Assembly (NCBI GenBank): GCA_041660885.1
Contig: JBAZVM010000005.1
Coordinates: 23,568-87,567, forward strand
Origin: Patescibacteria group bacterium
GTDB taxonomy: Bacteria > Patescibacteriota > Patescibacteriia > UBA9570 > JAHJKD01
Direction: 5' to 3'
Length of the DNA: 64,000 bases
Shown: piece after piece, positions 17,837 through 27,949 of the stretch
Position numbering within the stretch: position 1 is the first letter of the stretch
Layout: each line of letters starts with the position of its first letter
Program-made: the position numbers and the translations under genes
The notes under the pieces: model-generated
What the model was told of the DNA's origin: nothing
The model's database searches: none
Seen by the model: only the letters and a program-made list of their open reading frames with translations

Positions 17837-20056
17837 ATGAAAAAAATTATTTTGTTAAGCAGCTTGCTTTTTATTTTTGGTTTTTCTTCGGTTCAAGCCT
17901 CTACTTATACAGTGACAAGCACCGCGGATGCGGGTGGCTTATGTGATGGCACTACGTGCACGACTTTGCGCGCGGCCATTTCCGCGGCCAATGCTAATGC
18001 CGGAGATGATATTATTACTTTATCGCAAGGCGTATACGAACTTTCCATTCCAGGCTCTGGCGAAAATAGCAATGCCACCGGCGATTTTGATATCACGCAA
18101 TCCGACACCTCTTTAACCATCAACGGCGTAAGCGCGGACACCACCATTATCAGCGTTTCCAGCAATACAGACAGGATTTTTAATGTTACTTCTAACACTT
18201 CCTCCTTATATTTAAATGATATGACTCTCACTGGCGGCTATTCCACTGATGGCGGAGCCATTGATTGCGTTGGCAATTTATATATCGACGATTCCAACAT
18301 TTCTTCCAATTCCGCCATAAACACAGATGCCAGAGGAGGCGGCATATATTTTCAATCCAGGGGCGCTAAAACCGCAGACGCCACCCTACACATTACGGAC
18401 AGCCTTATTTCCAACAATATAGCGAACGGCGATGACTCCAATGCCTGGGGTGGCGGTTTATATATTTGGCTGGAATCCACCACTAATAATATGGATGTGG
18501 TTTTACAAAACGTTACCATCTCGGGAAATGAAGTAGATAGCTCGGGCGATGCCAGAGAATTAGGTGCCGGAGTATTTATGAGCGACACTTCAACCGGCAA
18601 CACGGACCTAACAGCGAATTTCAGAAATGTCACTGTTAGCGACAATACTTTGGATGGTACGGATGCCGCTGGCGGTGGAATTTATATCAGCGATGAAGAT
18701 GCCACTTTAAGCATAAGAAATTCTATTTTAGATAATAACAGCTTGAACAATTGCTTTGAGAACAGCTCGGGCGGTATAAATTCTTACGGCTATAATATTG
18801 ATTCCGCTTCTTCTTGTGGGTTTGGCGGAACTGGAGACTTAAATAGCACTGATCCATTATTAGAAACTTTGGCAGATAACGGCGGCGCCACGAACACTAG
18901 GGCGCTGCAAGTTACGCCCACGCTTTCCCCGGCTATCAATATTATACCGGCAGCCAGTTGCCTGGATTACAACAGCAGCGCGTTAACCGTAGATCAGCGC
19001 GGCTTCACGCGCCCGGATGATAGCTATTGCGATGTTGGCGCATTCGAAGCTGACCAAACCAATCCCGTTATTACCGTCAATAATAATACGGATGCTTATA
19101 ATATTTTAGAATGCGCCTCTTCCGCTTATACGGAATATGGGGCCACGGTTACAGACAATGGAGATAATTTTTTCAGCGCTCTAACAGCTGATGCTTCCGG
19201 ATCGGTTGATACGAATATTGTTGGCAGTTACGCCATTACTTACGCATCAACTGACCATTCCTATAATACGGCCACGGCCAACCGCACCGTGACTGTAACC
19301 GATACAACGGATCCAACCATAACTTTAATTGGCGAGGCCACCCAAACAGTCGACTTTAATTCCGTTTATACCGATCCAGGCGCCACTTTTTCTGATGCTT
19401 GCGATACCGCAACAACCGTGGTGACAGCAACAGGAACGGTCAACACCGGCATTCCAGGCACTTATACCATCACTTATACGGCCGTGGACGCTTCGGGTAA
19501 TCTAGCCGCATCGCAAACAAGAACCGTGGCTGTCGTGGCCGAGGGAAGTTATATTTCTTCGGTGGCAGGCACCACCAACGGGGACATTCTGATTACCTAT
19601 AGCAGCGGCCAAACGGAAATCATAAACGTGTTTGATTACACTACTACGAAAAATACAAAAATTTCTCAACATGAAAACCAGTATTATATTGCTTTGGCAG
19701 CCAATGGAAAAAAAGTAGCTCTAGTGGATATCGTAAATAAATCAGTGCTGTCTACAAAAACTTTGTCGAAAAATGTTAAATATACTAAAAATACTTTAAA
19801 GCTAAAAAACATTAGAAATAAAGATGCCGTCGTTATCGTCTCGAAAAAAAATAGCAAAATTTTATTATCTTTATTAAAAATCAACGCAGGCCATACGGCT
19901 TTAAGTAAAAAAGACCAAGAACAAATCAGCAATAAAAATATCAAACCAAAAAAGACAACTATAAAAAAATCCACTATTTATTTAAAAAATAAAAATAATA
20001 AAGTTCTGCAAAAATATTTAGTAACTAAAAAGTATCAATTGAAAGCCAAATCTTAG
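17837..20056 (+). CDS. secreted beta-helix surface protein (CSLREA-type N-terminus, Ig-like repeats, Lys-rich C-terminal module)
   Basis: Signal peptide. TVTSTADAGGLCDGTTCTTLRAAISAANANAGDDIITL (CSLREA-like). Repeated GGGIY beta-helix rungs. Two DUF5011-like Ig segments (GSYAITYASTD, GTYTITYTAVD). Basic tail from residue ~582. Confidence 0.8.
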   Translation: MKKIILLSSLLFIFGFSSVQASTYTVTSTADAGGLCDGTTCTTLRAAISAANANAGDDIITLSQGVYELSIPGSGENSNATGDFDITQSDTSLTINGVSADTTIISVSSNTDRIFNVTSNTSSLYLNDMTLTGGYSTDGGAIDCVGNLYIDDSNISSNSAINTDARGGGIYFQSRGAKTADATLHITDSLISNNIANGDDSNAWGGGLYIWLESTTNNMDVVLQNVTISGNEVDSSGDARELGAGVFMSDTSTGNTDLTANFRNVTVSDNTLDGTDAAGGGIYISDEDATLSIRNSILDNNSLNNCFENSSGGINSYGYNIDSASSCGFGGTGDLNSTDPLLETLADNGGATNTRALQVTPTLSPAINIIPAASCLDYNSSALTVDQRGFTRPDDSYCDVGAFEADQTNPVITVNNNTDAYNILECASSAYTEYGATVTDNGDNFFSALTADASGSVDTNIVGSYAITYASTDHSYNTATANRTVTVTDTTDPTITLIGEATQTVDFNSVYTDPGATFSDACDTATTVVTATGTVNTGIPGTYTITYTAVDASGNLAASQTRTVAVVAEGSYISSVAGTTNGDILITYSSGQTEIINVFDYTTTKNTKISQHENQYYIALAANGKKVALVDIVNKSVLSTKTLSKNVKYTKNTLKLKNIRNKDAVVIVSKKNSKILLSLLKINAGHTALSKKDQEQISNKNIKPKKTTIKKSTIYLKNKNNKVLQKYLVTKKYQLKAKS

Positions 20057-20073
20057 GCATTATTCACAATTCA

Positions 20074-20547
20074 TTATATATCTTGGCCTGTTAAAAGCAT
20101 GGAACTGAATATAAAGCCCATAAATATTATAGCGTAGTAATACATCCACGATATTTTCATGCGGTAAAAAAAGAAAAAGATTACTAATACGGCAAAGACG
20201 GAAATGAGAAAACCTATTATTGGCTCCTGCCAAAATGAGCCGCCAATTTTAAGAAAAAGCAAAGAGGCCGGCTGGGTTAGGTAAATCGCTTTTATTAACG
20301 GGCGCCATTTAGAGCGAAAAATAAAACAGGAAATAATAACGACAACGCAAAAACCAACAATACCGGGGATTTGAGAAGCGGGTAAACCTTTAGGGCTGAT
20401 CAAAGAAAAAAGGTAATAGGAAAAAAAAGTAACGCCGAATAGCAGAATACCAAAAATACTAATAAGCAAAGCGGAAACGATACTGCGCCAAACGGGATTT
20501 TTAATAATATGCGATTTTTTATTTTCATTTTTTTTTGTTTCTTTCAT
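20074..20547 (-). CDS. polytopic membrane protein, tandem paralog A
   Basis: Shares KKxHIIKNPxWR, KWRPLIKAI, TQPA and FYRMKxSWxYYYA with the neighbouring ORF. Confidence 0.7.
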   Translation of the reverse strand: MKETKKNENKKSHIIKNPVWRSIVSALLISIFGILLFGVTFFSYYLFSLISPKGLPASQIPGIVGFCVVVIISCFIFRSKWRPLIKAIYLTQPASLLFLKIGGSFWQEPIIGFLISVFAVLVIFFFFYRMKISWMYYYAIIFMGFIFSSMLLTGQDI

Positions 20548-20560
20548 ATATTTTATTAAT

Positions 20561-21073
20561 TTATATTTCTCCGCCCATTAAAGTAAATATAGAAAGAGTG
20601 AGCGCCACGAAAATAACCGCGTAGTAATATATCCACGATAATTTCATGCGATAAAAAATAAAAAGGGAGGCAGCCACGATAACCGCACCAACACTATAAA
20701 CAGCAGCCGGCCAGTGGTTAAGTATGATGCCCGTAGTAGCCAGTACAGTTGCTGCTGGCTGGGTAATAAAAATCGCTTTAATTAAAGGCCGCCACTTGGT
20801 TCGGAGAACCAGCCAAGATATTAATAGCAGAATAACTAAGAAAGAACCGTGCATAACTATGGGAAACCAATAAAAATTGCTTTCCGGGCCCATTTGTATA
20901 AATATCATCACAATGCGGCGGACTATGCCTTGATACGCGGCGTCAAAAAGAAAAGTGACATTAAATAGAATAAACCCAAGCACCGTGATCAATAAAACCG
21001 CCACGACATTCCGCCAAATAGGGTTTTTAATGATATGCTTTTTTTGTGTTTCGATTTTTTTTGTGTTTGTCAT
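20561..21073 (-). CDS. polytopic membrane protein, tandem paralog B
   Basis: Same conserved blocks as 20074..20547. 170 aa. Confidence 0.7.
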   Translation of the reverse strand: MTNTKKIETQKKHIIKNPIWRNVVAVLLITVLGFILFNVTFLFDAAYQGIVRRIVMIFIQMGPESNFYWFPIVMHGSFLVILLLISWLVLRTKWRPLIKAIFITQPAATVLATTGIILNHWPAAVYSVGAVIVAASLFIFYRMKLSWIYYYAVIFVALTLSIFTLMGGEI

Positions 21074-21090
21074 ATTTTTAATTATTTTAA

Positions 21091-22476
21091 TTATCTTTCA
21101 AAGTCAGTATAATTAGTTGTGAAGCTCCATGGCCCGCTTCCGCAAGAACCCAATTCCTGCGACTCAATGCGTAAAGTGGTATCCGCCGTTAATTGCATTA
21201 AAATGACTCCGTTGTCAGTATCATAGCAATACACTTGTCCGTCGCTTATTACTTGATCAAAATCCCTATTCACATAGCCGCTATCAACGGGCGTGAACTC
21301 GTATTTACCCGTAGATAATGTGGTAACGGAATCGCCAACGGAGAATAATCCCTGCGTAAAATCCACGGGTTCATGAATCAAAGCCAGCTGATGATCTTCT
21401 TGCCAGCCCGTTAGCGCCGTACCCGTCAAAAACCAGCGGCCTTGCGCTGTTCCGGATACATCTTGATTGATCGTGCCGCAGATCGGCTCTACCGTGCGTC
21501 TTTCATCGTAATAACCGACTAAACTTTTTAAAGAATTTTTTAAAGCATCCGGAAAATAATCCAAGGGGCAAACATTATTTAACATTTGTTCCCACCAGCG
21601 GCTCTGATTGGCCACGCCGGTAATGGCTGTTCTGGTATCATACGCTCCCCAATCCAAAGCGTGCTGGCCCGTATTACCGCCACCCGTGCCCACTATTTCT
21701 CCGGCAACAAATTTATAGCGCACATCTTTTGTGCAGATGCGGAAATTTTCTCCGCCCGCGGAATATTCATTGCAATTATCGCTGGTAGATTCCACGGCGT
21801 TGTAAGCCGCTTCCAAATCAGCCGATAGGCCGGACATGTGCATGAAAAAATTATAAAAATCTTCGCATGGCCGAAAACGCACGGTGTAATCCGTAAATAC
21901 AGGATCCACGCTTAAATGTTCTTGAGCTGTAATGCTTTCCACATACATTGTGCCCGGAGAATAAACGGGGCTAACGGATAAATAATCAGTGTAGTAATAG
22001 TACATGTGATCCGTGGGAAAAGTGTGGCCGCTTGGGTTCACCACGCCCAAAGGCGAAATGCTATGGTACGCCGAGGCATCCAAAATATCTTGCGTAAACC
22101 AAGAATAGTTTTCTCCGCAGGCGGGATACAAATCCACGCTCACCAATTTCTTTTTATTGCCCCATGTCCATTTTTTTCCGATTTTTATTTTCGCGCGATA
22201 ATAGGTGTCTTCTTCCGGGTACGCGTAATATTTATAGCGTCCTTGTTTTTTTGTAGTTTTAGTTGCTATATACTGAAATTCACCGGTGCCGATGGCTTGA
22301 TAAATGCGAACTCTTACGTCTCTTTTTCTGGGTGTGACATAGCCATAAATTTTTACAGAGTCGTCAGTAATAATCTCCGTTTTATTCACGTGCAAATAAA
22401 CTTTTTCCGCAGTCGCGGCCAAGCCCATGCTCGGCAAAAGCAATAAACCAAGCAAACATAAGTATATTTTTTTCAT
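21091..22476 (-). CDS. secreted hypothetical protein (461 aa)
   Basis: Signal peptide MKKIYLCLLGLLLLPSMGLAA, an N-terminal Ig-like segment, and a Cys-containing C-terminal domain. No family recognised. Confidence 0.75.
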   Translation of the reverse strand: MKKIYLCLLGLLLLPSMGLAATAEKVYLHVNKTEIITDDSVKIYGYVTPRKRDVRVRIYQAIGTGEFQYIATKTTKKQGRYKYYAYPEEDTYYRAKIKIGKKWTWGNKKKLVSVDLYPACGENYSWFTQDILDASAYHSISPLGVVNPSGHTFPTDHMYYYYTDYLSVSPVYSPGTMYVESITAQEHLSVDPVFTDYTVRFRPCEDFYNFFMHMSGLSADLEAAYNAVESTSDNCNEYSAGGENFRICTKDVRYKFVAGEIVGTGGGNTGQHALDWGAYDTRTAITGVANQSRWWEQMLNNVCPLDYFPDALKNSLKSLVGYYDERRTVEPICGTINQDVSGTAQGRWFLTGTALTGWQEDHQLALIHEPVDFTQGLFSVGDSVTTLSTGKYEFTPVDSGYVNRDFDQVISDGQVYCYDTDNGVILMQLTADTTLRIESQELGSCGSGPWSFTTNYTDFER

Positions 22477-22565
22477 AATACCTTAAGTATAGCAAAAAAG
22501 GGGCTTAAAGATAAGGAAAGGCATTATATTTAATATTTCTACCAATTATGTTATTCTAAAAAGAT

Positions 22566-23231
22566 ATGATAGATAAAAATCTATACGCCAAATCGGGTTT
22601 TTACAACATTGCCATGAAACTCCTGGGCTGGGATAGAGGCATTTCCGGCTATATAAAAAATCTTTCTTTGCCTTGTCCAAACAACGGCAAAATATTGGAA
22701 GTCGGCTGCGGGTCCGGCATCATTGGTTTGCAATTGTTAAAAATGTTCCCTGAGGCCTCTTTATTAGCCACGGATTATGAAAAGAATTTTCTTGAAGAGA
22801 CTTTGCGTAATGCCAATAGCAAAAAAATTAATATAAGCCGCATTACCGTGGGCGTATCTGATATCAGTAATCCCAAAGAAGTAAAAAAACTTAACAACAC
22901 CCCGATTATTTTCGAACCAAACTCTTTTGATATTGTCTGCGCTGGTGGCGTACTGGGTTATTCCAAAAATCAAGAAAAGACTTTGCGCGATTTAGTCAGC
23001 CTTTTAAAACCGAACGGATATTTTATAGATATAGAAACTAACGACAATTTCGGTGGCAAGTGGGTAACGCGCAAATACGATTATAAAAGATTATCTTTAG
23101 ATAATTATAAAAAAATTCTAGAAAAAGAAAACTGCGTGGTGGAAATTAAACCTTTTTCTTTAAAAAACTTTCCCGCTAATTTTACCAGAACCGGCATCAT
23201 CGCGAAAAATCTTACCATAAATAATATATGA
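22566..23231 (+). CDS. class I SAM-dependent methyltransferase
   Basis: ILEVGCGSGIIG (motif I). 221 aa. Stop overlaps the murJ start (ATGA). Confidence 0.85.
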   Translation: MIDKNLYAKSGFYNIAMKLLGWDRGISGYIKNLSLPCPNNGKILEVGCGSGIIGLQLLKMFPEASLLATDYEKNFLEETLRNANSKKINISRITVGVSDISNPKEVKKLNNTPIIFEPNSFDIVCAGGVLGYSKNQEKTLRDLVSLLKPNGYFIDIETNDNFGGKWVTRKYDYKRLSLDNYKKILEKENCVVEIKPFSLKNFPANFTRTGIIAKNLTINNI

Positions 23232-24769
23232 AGCTCAATAAATCCATTGGCTACGGCGCGTTTATACTGGCCGCTTCCACCATATTAAGTTATGGTTTGG
23301 GCTTGTTGCGCGATCGGGGTTTAACCGGAGCGTTCGGCGCGGGCTACGAGCTGGATATTTATAACGCTTCATTTTTATTGCCGGATTTTATCATGAGCTC
23401 TTTTGGCGCGGCTCTGACCGCGGCTTTTGTGCCCGTGTTTACCACCTTGCGCCAAAAAGAAGGCGATAGAAAATCTTGGGAACTGACCAACTCGGTTTTT
23501 TCTCTTATCAATATGGTTTTGCTGGTAGGTATAATTTTGGCCGCTATTGCAGCACCCATAATCGCCAAAATAGTGGCCCCGGGTTTTGACGCGGAAAAAC
23601 AAAACATCTTAGTGCAAACCACCAGAATAATGCTGATCTCTCCATTTCTTTTCAGCTTCAGCACTTTATTTGGCAATGCTTTGCAAAGCTTAAGGCGCTT
23701 TATCAGTTATGCTTTGTCCCCCATTTTATATAACGCCGGAATTATTATTGGCATTTATTTTTTCGTGCCGCGTTTTGGTTTGTTCGGTGCCATTTACGGC
23801 GTGCTTATCGGAGCATTCTTACACTTGCTGGTGAGGTTGATAGAAATAATTTATACGGGCTGGAATTTACGCTTCCGCAACCAATATTTTTTTAAGCCGT
23901 GGCAGCAGCCGGAAATAAAAAAAATGATCCGCTTGATTATCCCCCGCGCTCTGGATTTACTGATCTGGCAAATAAACTTATGGTCGTACACAGCCATTGC
24001 TTCCTCTATCGCCTACGGCTCAATCGCCATATTCAATCTGGCGCGCAACTTTCAAAGCATGCCCGTGAGCTTTTTCGGCATTGCCTTTGCCACTTCCATG
24101 TTTCCGGCTTTGGCTGCTTCTTTCGCGGAAAAAAACAAGCCAAAATTTATTGAAGATCTCACCAAAACCATTAGGCAGGTTTTATTTTTTACCTTGCCCG
24201 CGGCCGCAGGCATGGCTGTTTTGGGCAAGCCATTGGTAAGTTTCTTCCTGCAAAACGGTAAGTTCACGGATGAAGCTGTGGCTTCAACCGGTTTGGTGCT
24301 GGCGGTTTTCGCCTTATCTATCCCTTTAGAAAGCTTGCAGTATCTATTAACCAGAGGCTTTTACGCGCAGCATAACACCAAAACTCCGGTGTTAGTAACC
24401 ATAATCGCTACTATTATTAATATCAGCGTTAGTTATGTTGCTTCCAAATTTTTAGGAACCACGGGCTTGGCTTTGGGCTTTATATGTTACACTTCTACCC
24501 AAGTAATTTTGCTTTCTATCTTGCTACAAAAGAAAATTAATTTTTTAGGCTTTATCTCTTTCACGAATATTTTAAAAATAATTATCAGTGCCGCGATAAT
24601 GGCTTTGGCGGTTTATTTTATCCTTCCTCTTTTTAGTAGTATTAAAATTGCTTTCGTGGTTTCTGTTATTGCCGGGGCGGGCATTTATTTGCTATTGGCT
24701 TTATTTTTAAAAATTCCGGAAATAAGCAGTATATATTTTATTATTAATAAAAAAATATTAAAAAGATGA
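23228..24769 (+). CDS. murJ: lipid II flippase MurJ
   Basis: 513 aa, ~14 TM. N-terminus ILSYGLGLLRDRGLTGAFGAGYELDIYNASFLLPD is typical of MviN/MurJ. Confidence 0.9.
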   Translation: MKLNKSIGYGAFILAASTILSYGLGLLRDRGLTGAFGAGYELDIYNASFLLPDFIMSSFGAALTAAFVPVFTTLRQKEGDRKSWELTNSVFSLINMVLLVGIILAAIAAPIIAKIVAPGFDAEKQNILVQTTRIMLISPFLFSFSTLFGNALQSLRRFISYALSPILYNAGIIIGIYFFVPRFGLFGAIYGVLIGAFLHLLVRLIEIIYTGWNLRFRNQYFFKPWQQPEIKKMIRLIIPRALDLLIWQINLWSYTAIASSIAYGSIAIFNLARNFQSMPVSFFGIAFATSMFPALAASFAEKNKPKFIEDLTKTIRQVLFFTLPAAAGMAVLGKPLVSFFLQNGKFTDEAVASTGLVLAVFALSIPLESLQYLLTRGFYAQHNTKTPVLVTIIATIINISVSYVASKFLGTTGLALGFICYTSTQVILLSILLQKKINFLGFISFTNILKIIISAAIMALAVYFILPLFSSIKIAFVVSVIAGAGIYLLLALFLKIPEISSIYFIINKKILKR

Positions 24770-25512
24770 GAAAACGCTTATTATATTTATTTTTATTAAC
24801 TGATGTTTTTATTGCCCTGACTTTTAGTTTTGTCTATCGCGTACAAATTAAAGAATGGGTGCTTAATTTTTTTAAAGAACCGGTGCCGCAAGCCGTTGAC
24901 TATAAAAGCGCCAAGACCAATGAAAAAATTGCCATTCCCGAAGAAATCAACCTGCAAGTTCCTTTTCAGCCGCAGGCGCCCACAGCCGATTGGGGCGAAC
25001 CGTATCAAGAAGCGTGCGAAGAAGCCAGCATTATTATGGCCGTGGCTTATTTGGAGGGAGAAAGCATTTTAACAGCCGGGCAAATGGACGAAAAAATATT
25101 AAGCATGGTTGACTGGCAACAAGAAAACTGGGGCGGGCATTACGATTTAAACGCGGAACAAAATAAAAAATTGGTGGAAGAATATTTCACCAATCGATAT
25201 AGCGTGGAAACCACGAAAAATTTTACTTGGGATGATGTTAAAAAAAGCTTGGCTCAAGGATATCCGGTAATCGTGCCGGCCGCGGGCAGACAAATCGGCA
25301 ATCCTTACTATACTCAGCCCGGTCCTTTATACCACATGCTTTTGATAAAAGGATATACCGATAAAAAAATAATCACGAACGATCCGGGCACCAAGCGCGG
25401 AGCGGATTATCAATACAATTACGATTCTTTATATAACGCCATCCATGATTGGAATGAAGGCGACGTGGATAACGGCGGGAAAGTGATGCTGGTTATCAAA
25501 CCGAATAATTAA
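24766..25512 (+). CDS. C39-like (YvpB-type) cysteine peptidase domain protein
   Basis: TM anchor, then PFQPQAPTADWGEPYQEACEEASIIMA and GYPVIVP...HMLLIKGY. Pattern of Peptidase_C39_2 as recalled. Confidence 0.65.
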   Translation: MRKRLLYLFLLTDVFIALTFSFVYRVQIKEWVLNFFKEPVPQAVDYKSAKTNEKIAIPEEINLQVPFQPQAPTADWGEPYQEACEEASIIMAVAYLEGESILTAGQMDEKILSMVDWQQENWGGHYDLNAEQNKKLVEEYFTNRYSVETTKNFTWDDVKKSLAQGYPVIVPAAGRQIGNPYYTQPGPLYHMLLIKGYTDKKIITNDPGTKRGADYQYNYDSLYNAIHDWNEGDVDNGGKVMLVIKPNN

Positions 25513-26075
25513 TAAACTTCAATAACTGCATAGCGGCTGCCAAAAGACCAAGCTCCAGGCGTGGAAGGAAACCAGATATCAACCGTACCACAACCCATTC
25601 TAGGGGCCAGCCTATCTTCTACCGTGAATATCTTATCTCCATATAATGAAGGAATTTTTACTTTAGTGCCAAATGCTAAACAATTGGCCGCTATGGTGCC
25701 GTCGTGCACTCTGGTTCCGGAAGCTGTGATAAACGGGTTGCCGTCGCATTGCGCCACTGTGGAGGAATAAGCGGTCAGCCTTACTTTTTGAGTATATTTG
25801 GGTTGCTTTTCTTTAATAACAGGATAGATAGATTCACTTTCAGTTTCCGCTGCGTTCACCAAAGCTTCTTCTGCTTCCAAGCTTTCACCGGCCCAGCCTA
25901 ATTCCGTAGGCAAAGGAAATAAAGCAATAATGGCAAAAACGGTTATTACGGAATAATAGCCTATTTTCTGCTTGTTTTGACCAATAAAGCTACCTAGAAT
26001 GTGACCAAAAACCATTAAATTGAACCAATAAATCGCCATATTTTGCTTATTTGGATACAAAAAACCCACTATCAT
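25509..26075 (-). CDS. 3D (MltA/RlpA-like double-psi beta-barrel) domain protein
   Basis: RLTAYSSTVAQCDGNPFITASGTRVHDGTIAANCLAFGTKVKIP...FTVEDRLAPRMGCGTVDIWF. The exact start is uncertain. Confidence 0.8.
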   Translation of the reverse strand: MIVGFLYPNKQNMAIYWFNLMVFGHILGSFIGQNKQKIGYYSVITVFAIIALFPLPTELGWAGESLEAEEALVNAAETESESIYPVIKEKQPKYTQKVRLTAYSSTVAQCDGNPFITASGTRVHDGTIAANCLAFGTKVKIPSLYGDKIFTVEDRLAPRMGCGTVDIWFPSTPGAWSFGSRYAVIEVY

Positions 26076-26186
26076 GGGTTGCGCGCTATCTTATAGGTGA
26101 AGCTCTAAAAAGTCAATGCTTCTTGGGGACTTTTCAAAAATATGATAATATATAATTAATTAAAGAACACTTTTAGTATTCTCTCT

Positions 26187-26816
26187 ATGCCCGAGCCAAA
26201 AAAATTCACCTTAGACCCCAATTTCGACCCCAGAGGCAACAACCTGCCTGATATACCCGCGGAAATAGTGGATTATAAAAACAGCCAGCGTTTTAGAAGA
26301 ATGATGGTCATTATCGGTTGCGGAATTTTAGCTTTGTTGCTTATCGGCTTGCTTATCGGCTGGTATTTTAAAACCATTGGCAATGAATACCGCTATATTA
26401 AACTTATGAGCTTATATGTGCCCTCCCCTATGGATGAATCCCCGGGCGCTGATTTAGAATCAATTGTTGTAACAGATAATGGAAATTCTTATTACGCTCA
26501 GAAAGTAGTGAGCACTTCTGACGATTTTAACAAACAGCCTTATAATAAAAATAAAGATTCATATAAAATGATCGGGGCTCCGGGAAATGACGCTGATTAT
26601 GTTTCTTTGGGAGAAAAAGGAAATTATATAGTTATCAAAACTAAAGTAAATTTAAAGGATAAAAATATCGATACTTTAACTATAAACGAAATAACGCCGG
26701 ATAATTTAAAAGAACCTTACGATGTTTTTATGGGCACATCTAAAAACGGCCCATGGGATTACCTGGGCCAGCAAGCTGGTGCCGTGGATATAGATTTAAC
26801 GCAATTCCTTAAATAG
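26187..26816 (+). CDS. membrane-anchored hypothetical protein
   Basis: Single TM (MMVIIGCGILALLLIGLLIGWYF). Its extracytoplasmic domain is homologous to the C-terminus of the 43694..45427 product. Confidence 0.65.
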   Translation: MPEPKKFTLDPNFDPRGNNLPDIPAEIVDYKNSQRFRRMMVIIGCGILALLLIGLLIGWYFKTIGNEYRYIKLMSLYVPSPMDESPGADLESIVVTDNGNSYYAQKVVSTSDDFNKQPYNKNKDSYKMIGAPGNDADYVSLGEKGNYIVIKTKVNLKDKNIDTLTINEITPDNLKEPYDVFMGTSKNGPWDYLGQQAGAVDIDLTQFLK

Positions 26817-27948
26817 CGGCTTCTTTATATATTTTAAAGGTTTCCTTGGCGCATTTCTGCCAGGAAAATTTCTTGGCTTGTTGTTTCGCTTTTTTAGAAT
26901 ATCTTTTCAAGGTGGCTTTATTGGAAAGCAATTTTTTTAAGCCCGCTTTAATGCTTTCGGATTTTTCCGGATTCACTAAAATACCGGCTTTTTCAACCAC
27001 TTCAGGCAAGGAGGAAATATTGGAAGTAATAACGGGTATGCCGAATCCCATGGCTTCCAGCACGGGTAAGCCGAAGCCTTCCCATAAAGTGGGAAATACG
27101 AAACAAGTGGCTTTAGACAGCAAAGCCATCTTTTCCACGATGGAAATATAACCCAGATAGCGTACGCGGGAGTATTTTATTTCCTTGATAGCTTTGATAA
27201 TGGGCTCGTATTTCCAGCCCTTGGCTCCGGCAATGATCAGCTGATAATCTTTATATTTTTTATAATTCTCTTTTACTAAATTATCAAAAGCCTGAATCAA
27301 GGCCGGCACATTTTTTCTAGGCTCCAGGGTTCCTAAAAACAAAATATACTTCTCTCCTGTTTTATATTTTTTAAGCGTTCTTTTTATTACTTTATTGTTG
27401 CACGGCTTTTCTTTGGTAAAACCCTCGTAAACCACTTTGATTTTTCCGTCAGTCAAATTAAATTGGCTGATCAAGCTTTTTTTCGTGGACTCGGAAATGG
27501 CAATGATTTTTTTGGCTTTGCCAATGCTTTTAGGCACGGATATTTTCACGGAAAACTTCTGCTTGGGCGGAAACCATTCGGGATTCTGGTAAATGGCTAG
27601 ATCATGCACTGTTAAAACAGTGGGCTTTTTATATCCCAGTGGCATGATATTGGCTGGCGCGTGAAAGACATCCAAATTGGCTTTGGCAAGCACATTAGCA
27701 ATAATATAATGCGAATATCCCAAGGGCATGTACTTTTTATATTCAGACCAAGGAAATCGCACAATTTCCACATTTTTCTTCTGCAATTCTTTTACATCTT
27801 TAAAGCGATGATCGAAAAACAAAATATATTGATTTTTTTTGTCGATCTTCAATAAATTTTTCACTAAATAATAAGTATAATGCCCCACTCCGGCCTTTTC
27901 CCCGTATTTCGGGTTTAAAATTGTTCTGCAATCAATACCTATTCTCAT
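26809..27948 (-). CDS. glycosyltransferase family 4
   Basis: FPTLWEGFGLPVLEAM (E-x7-E). 379 aa. Confidence 0.9.
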   Translation of the reverse strand: MRIGIDCRTILNPKYGEKAGVGHYTYYLVKNLLKIDKKNQYILFFDHRFKDVKELQKKNVEIVRFPWSEYKKYMPLGYSHYIIANVLAKANLDVFHAPANIMPLGYKKPTVLTVHDLAIYQNPEWFPPKQKFSVKISVPKSIGKAKKIIAISESTKKSLISQFNLTDGKIKVVYEGFTKEKPCNNKVIKRTLKKYKTGEKYILFLGTLEPRKNVPALIQAFDNLVKENYKKYKDYQLIIAGAKGWKYEPIIKAIKEIKYSRVRYLGYISIVEKMALLSKATCFVFPTLWEGFGLPVLEAMGFGIPVITSNISSLPEVVEKAGILVNPEKSESIKAGLKKLLSNKATLKRYSKKAKQQAKKFSWQKCAKETFKIYKEAAI

Positions 27949-27949
27949 A

